Assembly: GCA_000165425.1 (NCBI GenBank)
Contig: CT868096.1
Coordinates: 248,001-312,000 of the forward strand
Direction of reading: 5' to 3'
Length of the DNA stretch: 64,000 nucleotides
Origin: Paramecium tetraurelia
Taxonomy: Eukaryota
Of this stretch, positions 53,094 to 64,000 are shown piece after piece (positions within the stretch are counted from its first letter, which is position 1; each line of letters begins with the position of its first letter). The notes under the pieces were generated by a model, which was not told where the DNA came from, made no database searches, and saw nothing but the letters and a program-made list of their open reading frames with translations. A program made the position numbers and the translations under genes.

Positions 53094-54283
53094 ATGTCTG
53101 GCTATTCATAAATAGGCTTGTTTGAAAACCGTACAAATGACTTAGATTCTCTCTCTTATGATGTTCATCTTATTTAGTAAACACTCCATGGATGGACATC
53201 AATTTTCAACTAACTAATGGAGATTAGCATATAAACGCATAAGCAAAATTAGTCCAACGTATTGCTATATTATTTAAATAGACTGCATTACTATAGCAAT
53301 TGATGATTTAATTACAACCAAAATCAAAACAAACCTAACCCAAAGACTAAATTAAGTTATCTCCGATTAGACCAACTAAAACTGAACCAGATGAATACAT
53401 AAAACCAGAAAACTTTTCTAGAATCTTTAACAATCATAAAAAGGTATGTATCATTCTAAAAAGTATAAAGATTTCGATCATGCAGTTGCAAGGGACTCCG
53501 TTTGATTCAGCTTTCGAAAGCATTAATAAGGAACTAGAAGAACCTATAAGGGATGACTTATACCTATCTGTTCCTAAATCTATGCAACTGTCTAACGATA
53601 ATAATATGCAGAAAAAGAATCACCAATTAGATTTCCATCCGCAAAGTGTTAAAAACACATATGAGAATAAACAATTTGCTTTTAATAAACCCATTCGTTC
53701 ATAGGATATTAAATCTAATAAAGAGAACACTTAAAATCAGTATACCATTCATAGATAAGATTCGAAACGTAATTAGGATTATCCTCAATTATCTACTGTA
53801 CTTGAAGAGAACCCATCACTTTTGATGACATCAAATGAGAATAATTATAGACGTATTTCTTACAAATTATCATTAGATTCCATTACTTAATCACACAGAT
53901 AATATGATTAATAAATTATTTAAAAGCATTCATAGAATAGTTAAAGACCACCAAATTATTACCAATAATAATAACACCAATCATCAGAAAATAACAGATC
54001 TTCATCAAAATCTTGTTATGGAGCAGCTAATAACCTTTAACAATAGATTCTCACTAACAATATCAACATTGTAAATTCGCAATAACATTTATAATTAATG
54101 CAATAATAATAATCAACATAAAATCATTCTTAGAATAATTTGATTAGTTAAAGTACAAAAAATATCAAATAGAATCAATTCCAAAATAATAATGCGTCGA
54201 TCAAATTGCCAATAGACACCATCAATTAAGTAAATTAAAAATTCTATTAAGATATCAAGCCAAAGAGCTAAAAGTTATAGTGA
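53094..54283 (+). CDS. Hypothetical Q/N/S-rich protein
   Basis: MSGYSQIGLFENRTNDLDSLSYDVHLIQQTLHGWTSIF...IKPKSQKLQ*; two short introns inferred. Confidence 0.75.
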
Positions 54284-54852
54284 ATAGACCTGTAAAAAAT
54301 AAGTAAGCAAACGTATATTAGATATAGATATATTTGATAAGAAATACGAAACTAGTTAGGAGTTGATATGGAAGGCTTAGAAAAACAAAAGTTGATATTA
54401 TATATATATTGAATTACTTAACTTTCGTGAAATGTATTTAAATTATTAGCAGTCATATTTAATTTCTGAAAACATATATATGTTTTATTTAAACCTCCAA
54501 TTTTGGTCTAGGTAATTAGGTTAAAGAAAAATGAAGAAAAATATGGATATATTGAAGTAGTAAATCTAACTTTCTGAGAATTTAATTATAACATCAATTG
54601 ATAGAGATGCAATATAAACTAAATAGGACGATAGAACATATTATCAATTATGATGATCATTCAGTATTTAATTTTCAATAGATTTGTTTAATTGCAATGT
54701 TCTTAAATATAAATTTGCTAAACAAAACGGTTAATTAAGAAATTATTAAATTTATGCATTTGAATCTAAATTCTATAAATGATTACCAGAGGGTTCTTAA
54801 CTTGACTTCATGAAATTCTTTTTAGTATTAACATCTTCAATAATTGATTCAT

Positions 54853-54920
54853 ATGTTCAGTTTCTAAATTGATTTTTTATAGTTCTTTAACCATAAGAAA
54901 TCAATTTAGAAACTGAACAT
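54853..54920. repeat. Near-perfect inverted repeat (32-bp arms, 4-nt loop)
   Basis: atgttcagtttctaaattgattttttatagtt / cttt / aaccataagaaatcaatttagaaactgaacat; 30 of 32 positions are Watson-Crick pairs. Confidence 0.95.
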
Positions 54921-55319
54921 GATTTCATTAATATAGCTTTTCATCCAGTGAAGATATAATTAGAAAGGATCAAAGAATCTTGAATTGTTTTTGGGACAAG
55001 ATAATAATTGATTAAAATAATATAAATAAATATGCCTATTCCAAATAGTTTTTATCCGATACCATTAAGAACTGTGTTAAAATTTCACCAGTCTGTATGG
55101 TACTTACCAATTTGGGAAGATTGTTACCAGTGTGTTTATATGATATTGTATCACTCTCATGAGAGAATTGATAAATTCTTTTGGAGATCAAGCAGATTTG
55201 AAAGATTTATCTGATGCAGAGATATGAAATTGCGCACATTCTGGTATGAAACAATAGAATGGCAGCCACTCCTTGAGATATGTGAAAATATATATAAATC
55301 AAATTATAAAAATTTTACG

Positions 55320-55995
55320 TTATGTGTGTAATTTCACATTATCCCTGCTCTTGAATCCTTGAAATCCAATTTTTTCTACCTTCTTTGCCTATTTAATATG
55401 TGCCTTACTGAACAACATACGTCAAATAGGTAAAAACATGAGCATTACAATCTCTGCAGAATAAGACAGAAAATAAATTCTTGGAATTACTTTAAAACAT
55501 TCTCTAATCACTTATTTAGTCTTTTCAAGAGTTCAATTTTAACTCTAATTATTGCTTTATAGAAGTAGCTTGTAAAGCTAGTAGTCACGAAATTTGATTC
55601 TAAATAAGTATTGTTGATTTTCTATTCAATATTTTAAGACTTTTTATATGAAAATCTGGCTAATTAACTGGCATGGTCTTTGGCGATGGATGAACTCGAT
55701 CATCATATTATAAGGGTGATCTACTTTTGCTTATTCGTTCGCTACTTATTAAAAATACGAAAATTCTACGCTTGATACGTATAGCGTGTCCTTCGACAAT
55801 TGTGCAAATATTCTCTACATTTTTCTATATGTATTTTTTGCTTGTGCACTTAAACAATGACGTGCTTCCATAACAAAAAGTGTATCTATTACTATAACTA
55901 CCCACTATTATAAGATAATGCTATTACAGTAACTCCAGTTACTACAGGGAGTTTTTATTTTGTTTTAGAAATGAAGACTTAGAATTGAAAATCAT
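55320..55995 (-). pseudogene. Possible cyclin-like pseudogene
   Basis: Frame TLYVSSVEFSYFQQ...HPYNMMIEFI...IYFLSYSAEIVML loosely follows cyclin H/C box spacing but has in-frame TGA at 55626, 55533 and 55422. Confidence 0.3.
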
Positions 55996-56210
55996 TATGT
56001 ATATTTTTATATTATTAATACTAAAGTTATAAAGGATAAAGAATATATAAATTATTAAGGAAAATAATACTCCTTAAAAGGGGAATATTAGAATTTCAAA
56101 AGAATGGGATTAATAATAAATAAGTAAATTATCTTATATACTGTTGATTAATTTGGTAAATCCAACTATACCAAAATGGTTAAAAAGTAATATTTTTTAT
56201 TTTTCATCAT

Positions 56211-56894
56211 TCACATTATAGAATTCAAATAAGATTTGAACGATTTTTGAGTTTCTATTAGAGAATTCAAGTTTTCTTTAATTTTGCTTGATTTATTTTG
56301 CAAGCTGACTTTGGCCATTATTTACGGATTATTTTATTATAATTCATAGTATTCTTTCTTTAATGCATTATAGTCTTCTTAATATAATTACTGATGAGTA
56401 TCCAATAAAGACATGGCATTTTCAAGTAATTTAATTAAGGGATCTGCAGAACTTTTTTAAGGGGATTCATTTTTTTTAGATACCATTTTTTATAGCAGAT
56501 TTTTAATAGTTTTTGTATGGATAAGTTTGGTGTCACTTTATGTTTTTTGTGAAGCACAAGAATTTGGCATTACTGATATATTTTCATTTAATTGAACATC
56601 CTACATATCCAAAGAGTTGTGATGATGAAATGTTCTATTAGATGGGGAATTAATCACAGAACGAACTTTTGACTTACGATGCATTTTAGCATATTCGATC
56701 AGATTTTTGATTTAATTATTTCTGTGTTGTCGAGCATCCATTTAAGTAGTTTTTAAAGATTAAGAGTATTTTTCAAGAAACGTCAATTTAGAGCTGACAA
56801 ATTCCAAACTTATAGATGATAACTAATCAAGCATTCCCATAATTTACTCAAATAGCATTCTATATTCTTAGTCTAATTACACAACTGAGGTCAT
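56211..56894 (-). CDS. Hypothetical protein
   Basis: Intronless code-6 ORF MTSVVQLDQEYRMLFEQIMGMLDQL...KSYLNSIM*. Confidence 0.75.
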
Positions 56895-56929
56895 TTTATA
56901 ATCGTTAAGTATTTTAATTATTTTAATTT

Positions 56930-58610
56930 ATGGATCACGATCCTTTGACATAGTTCCTGCATCTTCTCAAATAGAAGCTAGCAATCACTGAGAAATAATT
57001 CTGGGAATTGAGTAACGAAGAAGGTCATTCTGCAGAATAAGAAATAGAATTAGCCAAAGAATTAATGATGCAAGAAAGACATATTTAATTGATTGACTAA
57101 ACTATAAGGTAAATGAAATAAATAATTTTAGATTGAGGAATCAAGATAAAACATTGAACTTTGCTTTCCCAATGAAGTATGCTATGAATTTGATATAAAA
57201 TCCTGAAATCATTGAAGAATTCAAGCAGTATAATATTATTGATGTTTCAGAAGAATTCGAGAAGATTGTACTAATCTTGTTATTATAAATTTAAGAATCA
57301 TAATACCATCACAGAAGAGTAAGTTAAAGGCTTTTTGATTATGAAATTTGATGACACAGCTAGTTAAAAAAGTGATGCTTGGGAAGATGATCTAGGTGAG
57401 GTTGTGGAAGTTGATAATCAAGAATTAGAAGCCTTAGAAAAAGAGGTTGATTAATAGGAAGAGAAGATAATAGAGGAAGAAGAATAAATGATTAAATAGT
57501 AGCCTGAATTATTAGAATAAATTGAGGATAATCACATTGATCCTTGTTGGAAAATAGATGAATCTAAGGCTTAATTATAAATACATAATAAAGTTATATG
57601 TACCTTTGCTCAGAATCCTGTTTCAAAAGATTTGATTGCCAGTGGTTCTGAAGATGATCATTTAAAAATTATTAAACTTAGTACTCAAAAAGTGATTTTC
57701 GAAAAGAAATATGATGAAACTGTAGGATTAGTTGATTTTAATTATGATGGCAAATATTTAGCAGCTGGAATACTGACAGGAAAAATTTATATCTATTTAT
57801 TAAATGATATGAGTGAGAAAATGCTTGATGGAAGTTAAACAGAACCAAGTGTATTGAAATGGCATCCAAAAGGAAATGTTATTTTGGCAGGATTCTAAGA
57901 TTCTACACTATGGATGTGGAATGGAGTTACTGGTGAAGTAATGAGTGTATTTGCTGGTCATGAGGCAGAAATTACATGTGGGGGTTTCACTCTAGATGGT
58001 AAATTAATCGTAAGTGGCTCCGCTGATCAATCATTTAGAGTTTGGAAGCCAAGTACTTCTGAATAAGTTTATAAAATAAGTTCAGTTTCACATAAACATA
58101 ATTATCATAAGGATGATGTTGTCTGTTTTGTATAACATTATAAATAACCAATCATTGCAACTGGAAGTAGTGATTCAACTATTGCATTCATCAATTTCGA
58201 GGATGGAAAAGTAATTTCTAATATAAATTTTAGGTTATTGGCAAAAGTGATCCATTAGGAGACAGTATTGTTGAGTTATGTTTCATAGGAACTAATTAAC
58301 CTATTATTGTTGCTGGAGATATGTCAGGTTCTGTTTATATTTATAATTGGAATTCAATGAAATTAATTGAAAAACTCTGTTTATGCAAAGTAATTTATAA
58401 CCCATCTATAATTAGAATTCAATAACTAAAATTTTATTTTATAATCAATAATTCCACATCTCAAGTTTAGACGGTAAAATTGTCACATTTGATGTCAGAT
58501 AAATGCACAATTACAGAGTACTTCAAGCTAAATCAGGAATCTATGAAATGATTGTTGAAGAAGGATGGATTTTAGTTGGATGTGAGAATGGTTTTGTTTA
58601 TGTTTATTGA
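56930..58610 (+). CDS. AAMP/Sqt1-like WD40 protein (uL16 chaperone family) with N-terminal extension
   Basis: Acidic tract followed by LIASGSEDD...VLKWHPKGNVILAGFQDSTLWMWN...FAGHEAEITCGGFTLDGKLIVSGSADQSFRVW. Confidence 0.85.
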
Positions 58611-58784
58611 TTTTTCTTTATGTTTTTATAGTTAATTTCTCATTAATTATGATATCATATAATGGACCATCATTTGGTCTGAATTATAAAAAAATTGTTA
58701 TGTTTTACATACCAAATTTTTAATAATATTTAAATATAGCATAATTAAAAATAATTATAATAAAAGTTAGTAATAATCAAGATT

Positions 58785-59446
58785 TCATTACTTCGATAAT
58801 AAGGCTTAATAATTTTAGTTCAAACTTTCATTTTCTTTTCTTAATTGTTCATTTTCTATAATATAACCACTTAAGCAACCTAAATGTCTTTTTATAGAGG
58901 TCTAAGAATATAAAAAATTACTACGTTTTCATCCTAAAGTTACTTTAATTAAACTTTTAAGGAATCATTTTCTAATTGTGATTTGTTTATTTCAAATTTC
59001 AATTGATCAACTTAATCGTTGGAACCTTAATTACATTTTCTAACTTTGGTTTTCAATTCATCTATTTATTTCAACCTTTCTTAGTCTAAATATATATTTT
59101 AAGTTTAGGCTTCAAGCATTTATTTAGTATGCTAATCCTTTTCAAGCTTTAACTTACTAATTTCCTATTCTAACTCAATTATTATTTTTTCGGCTTTTTA
59201 CAATTTTCTTTTATGCTTGTCACAATCACCAGTTTTTTCAAGAATCATTTCTGTCAAAATCTTCTGCTCACAATCTAAACCTCTAAATTTATTCAATTCC
59301 ATTTATTAAGCATTATTTTCATTTTTTAGTTATTAAATTTCTTCCATCTTTGTTTTGAGCGATTAATTCAACCTCTAATTCTCTTCCATTAAAAGCTGAA
59401 TTCTCTATTCAACTTTACTGAGATCTCTATTTTAATTCTCCTTCAT
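58785..59446 (-). CDS. Hypothetical coiled-coil protein
   Basis: MKENQNRDLSKVEQRIQLLMEENQRLNQSLKTKMEEIQQLK...ALLSKQ*; one short intron; the start may lie further upstream. Confidence 0.75.
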
Positions 59447-60898
59447 ATTGTTTATTTTCAGGTGCTACATTTTCAGTCTGTTAAAATTTACAAATAAAAT
59501 TATTCAACAATATAAACAAAACTAAACTTTTTTATAAAAAATAAATGTAATATAATAAGAATAATATGTTTGTTTTCCAGTGATTTTTCTATCATTTTAA
59601 TTTAAAATGTAGATAAGTTTTTTAACTAAGAAGTATAATGATTATTTTCAGGATATAAGTATAAACATAAAAAATATGAGACAATTAATCAATATAAATT
59701 TTATGAATATATAATTAAATTAGAATAAATATTTTTGATTAAAAATGATGTTTTGTTCTGAGTTAAAAAGTAATAAGATTTAAATAAAAATGGAACCGCT
59801 AGATAAGATTTAAAGGAGATATTCACGATTAGGGATATCATAGAGAAATTTTAGCATAAAATAATTATTAAACCTTATTATGAGGGTGTAACTTTTAGAA
59901 ATCATTAATTGTGAATTAATAATACTAAAATAGTTTAGCTTCTTAATGAAAATTTTATAAATTATTGGTCTTGGGTTGTAGAAAATGGTTCAGAAAAAAT
60001 CAATTCTTATAATTTAACTATGGTTAATAACTGGCAAAAGTGAGTAATGTGCTTAATCTTAGAGTATTACTAAATTAATAACCACTTATAGCATTTATTT
60101 ATAATATATGGTCGATTAAAAACATGTTTAATATAGTATCTATTAAAATAAATTTTAATTAATAAATATAAATTTGAATTTCTCTGTTAGTTCAATATAT
60201 CTCTAAAATCAATTTATTTGATACGAAATTTTCAAGTGTTCTTGCTCATATATACATCATATTTTATAGGGGAAAATATATTTTCCTTTAAAGATCAATA
60301 AATAATATTAAATTTTAATTTCTCAATACTTATTCATAATATATTGTAAATCGTTTAAGTTACAGTAAACAGGTACCGAATTCAATTTCAAATAGGCATT
60401 TTTATCAATGAATATTCAAAATTAAATTGTAATTATTATTTCTTAACTTATTTAATTAAGCCACTCCTTTATTACAAGTAATTCCAACAGCCAATGCTAA
60501 GAGTGAAGTATGTATAAGGATCAACTAAAGATTTCTGATCATTATAATGCAAATAATTCTGTTTTTACATTAAATGAGGGAACCGGCATATATAAATGAT
60601 ATATTAACTCTATAGTTCCTTTTAAACAGATCTCAGGTTTTAAGACTTCCTAAAATTTCTGAATTAAATGCTTTGATGATCAAATAGGAGTACTCATTAT
60701 TAATTATCGATAATAAAAATAAAATTCTGACAACCAAACAACTTTTTTTTTTGAGCAAAACAGAAGGATCGAGAATGATCTATTATGAAATATATGTTTA
60801 TTAATATTGCTAGTATGATATTATACATTTCTTAAATTTCAGATATAGAAGTTTAGTGGTATTTCTCCAGCTCAGATTTATTATTTTTTCATTAATAA

Positions 60899-63800
60899 AT
60901 GTTTCATTTAGTATTTTTCCTTACGATTTGCACATATGTCTATGCTTAAACCAAATTCTTATTGCAAGGTCCTCTGCCTCTCAATATTGATTGCAAAATC
61001 TAAAGTCCAAGTAAGGATATCTCCTAAACATTAAAGTTGAGAATGGGTTTATCGGAAATCAATACTTTTATAATTCTCTATCTTAAAATGGAACCTTATT
61101 AAATTTGGATAAGATCACATTTAGTTTATGGATGCAAGTTCATTCAGATCCATAGTTGAAAGAAAAATAATTAATATTTGCTTTTTATGACGGCAATCAG
61201 ACAGCTGTAAGAATCATAATATATTAAGACTATAAATGTGATGCTGTACTATCAAACAGAAAAAGATGGCACTTATTTGTATTTCATAAACGAGAAATTT
61301 TCATAGTAAATAATAAAGCTAAAAATAACTATGTAATTATCATTATAAATATGTAGAATCAATAAAGTATGGAATTTTTTATTTATTTCAATTGATTAAA
61401 GCACTGATAATTGTTTTATTAATCTTAAATTTTTTTCAATCGGAGATACTTCCAATAATCCTTAATTTTTTCAAGCAATTGAGACTTTAGTAAGCCAAAA
61501 GTATTAATCCTACTTTATTTTAGATTGCCATATATTTTTAATGAACGCTCAAGAATAACAAATGAGATGTTTAATGGATTTTCTTCAAGAGATCAAAAAG
61601 CTTGCATAAATATAGCCAATTTTTATTATATCAATGGGTGGATTAGTATGGACAAAGAGTTTTATGTTGATTACGATTCAGAACTTAAATTTCAATTAAA
61701 GCCTTTTGCAAGTGATGGAATAGTTGTAAGTAATACTTATACTGATATTATCTTGAGAAAATTTACAATCCCAATTGAATATACTGGAAGTATAGGGATG
61801 AACTTTTATAAAAATACACAAATAGTGTATAATTTTTTTGAATAATTGCCCTCAGTAACAATAATGTTTTGGGTAAAACCTTAATCTCTTGTATCTTCAT
61901 TTTAATTTTTATCATTTACAGATGATGTATTATAAGAAACAAGCATAGGTTTCGGAGTAAATAAGCTTTACAATTTATTATTTTATTAAGGTTTCTCCAA
62001 AACACCAGTCTGTTCTTTGAGTTCGAATGTATGGAACCATGTCACCGTTGGTATTTTAGATATAAGTATTAATGATGATTTTAAGCCATTAAATTAAAGG
62101 AAATTATTGAGAATCTTTATTGGCAATGTAGAACGAAACTTAACTATAATTACAAACGTTAAGCCTTATTAAAAATTAGTGTTAGGACCAGTATTTATGG
62201 ATGATTAGGGGTCAGAAATTGTTGAAATTTAAGATATCAAAATTTTTAAAGGATTTGGAATTAGATAAACTTATAATTAAGATTGTTAAATATTTGTTGG
62301 CAGCTATTGTGCATTTTGTAAACCCAGCACTCATTTCTGTAAAGAATAAGATCCTAATGACGATTCAAAATTTTATATATGTCCAGCTGGATATAAATAT
62401 GAAAATTACCTATGCAAAAAAATAATGATTCCAAACTGTCTCAGGATGTCATCATCATCACCTTCATGTGAAATTTGTGATTAGAATTATAACTTAATTA
62501 GCGGTTTATGCTAATTAAAAAACTTAGCGGCATCTTCCCCATTCACTTGTAGTGATACAAATGCACAACTTTGCTCATTCAACATTACTTAAGATGTAAT
62601 TCTATAATCTTCAAATACTAAGCAAGTAAGTAAATTATGCAGCAATAATAAATACTCCAATGCTCAATCAACATGCGCTTTAATAACAGTACCCAATTGC
62701 GATAAAGCTCAATATCAAAGTGGTTGTAGTTAATGCAGCCCTTCCTATATAATGACAGATAAAAAAACTTGCGCAACTTCTTGTCTAAATGCCTTAAGAT
62801 TTATTGGATAAAGCAATATCTGTGTAGGTAAGTGTGATAGATACCTCTTTAAAGCTGTTTGTTAAGGTCTGAAATATAAAAGCATATAATATAACTGTAG
62901 TCTTTAAAAGAATTGTACAACTGCTGAAATGGATATTGGTTATTATTGTTTGCCAATAGAATTCAGTGTTCCTGGTAAAACTCAAAATTGCTTAAAATTA
63001 ACAGCAAATTGCAATTCAATCTGCAAACATTGTTTTGGAACTGATATAACTCATTGTTTGGCATGTTATTCAGATATGTATTATAACCCTTATATGACAA
63101 CTTGCATGCCTAACTGCAATAACGCAGCCAAAGGTAATATATTTTTATTTAATAACAAAATTAAATGGTTGTGTGAAAAAGAATGCCCAACTAACTTATA
63201 TACATAGAATTCTGATTGCGTTCAGATATGTAGTGCCGGATATAAATTATATGATAGAAAATGTATTCTAACAACTTAAAATGCTACATATGGAGTATTA
63301 TAAGATTTCCCTAACAATGCACCACCCACTTAAATGGTCGTACTTAAGTATTGTCCTTAATTTTGTAAATAATGTACAAGTGAAGCTGTATGCACTAGTT
63401 GTTTAAATCAATATCCAATGGATTAAAATATGTGTGTTGAGTCATGCCACCCTCAATACTTAGAAGTAATAGATAACATTGGTTCGTGTAGAATGTCTTG
63501 TGACCCTCATGATTTGATTTATGATAATGAAGACATTAATGGATATAAGATTAAATAATGCTTTAAGATAAAATGCGGATCTATAAGAGTCAATAAAGAT
63601 TATTAAACTTTTCTTCATTAATCTGACTCTCATCGATGTATGTATCCCTGTGACGACGGATATTATGGTAATACTTTACTTTTATAATGCTTACCTTGTA
63701 ATCCTATTTGTGCTACTTGCTCATAGAGTGCAATCTACTGCACTTCTTGCCCATACTTTAAGTTTTTAGATTAATCTGGCTGTTACGATTCTTGTTAAGG

Positions 63801-64000
63801 TAAGTATCAAAATTATTTGAACTCAAAATGTGAAGGATCATGTTCATTAGGATTTTAGGTAATGGACGTGGCTAAAAGTATATTTGCATGTGTTGAATAT
63901 TGTGGAGCTAACTATCCGACTTATTTATATTCTTGGAATAATAGATGTTATGAAGAAGCACCAACGATAGGAGCTTATTGTGTAGACAAGAATTGTTATA
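60899..64000 (+). CDS. Large secreted/surface protein with LamG-like domains and furin-like cysteine-rich repeats (runs off window end)
   Basis: Signal peptide MFHLVFFLTICTYVYA; LamG-like ITFSLWMQV and VTIMFWVKP...WNHVTV; many CxxC repeats (CNSICKHCFG...CLAC, CNPICATC...CTSC). Confidence 0.85.

Noticed and set aside
54650..54720. ATGATGA box C-like motif (possible C/D snoRNA)
   Set aside because: No suitably placed CTGA box D or terminal stem.
55928..55943. Short palindrome agtaact-cc-agttact
   Set aside because: 7-bp arms are too short to be significant in AT-rich DNA.

Overview
AT-rich, gene-dense eukaryotic DNA from a ciliate macronuclear genome, most likely a Paramecium aurelia-type species (inference). 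Genes read correctly only with genetic code 6 (TAA/TAG = Gln, TGA = stop) and contain very short (about 20-32 nt) GT-AG introns, so the supplied ORF track is fragmentary and often in the wrong frame or strand. I translated the window by hand and find about 33 protein-coding genes. Recognisable ones: a Rubicon-homology protein, a transmembrane EGF/RING-H2 ligase, a Las1-like HEPN nuclease, an MDR oxidoreductase, two ULK-like kinases, a giant GPI-type surface protein, an ELM2/PLU-1/PHD chromatin protein, spastin, an OSBP, a Kv channel, a Myb-like protein, an EF-hand/PIP5K fusion, a DEAH11-like RRM/KH/RBR ligase, SLC35F6, AAMP/Sqt1 and a LamG/furin-repeat protein. There are also several decayed gene remnants and a 150-N assembly gap with artefactual overlap. 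Best leads: (1) a KDM5-like PLU-1/PHD scaffold with no demethylase module and an N-terminal ELM2 domain; (2) an RNA-binding RBR E3 ligase whose DEAH helicase appears dead; (3) two paralogous ~60-aa MGC microproteins sharing a motif and intron position; (4) a near-perfect 32-bp hairpin in a pseudogene-like region. No tRNA, rRNA, CRISPR, transposon or telomere was seen. All domain calls come from manual motif recognition, not database searches; start codons and intron boundaries are approximate.
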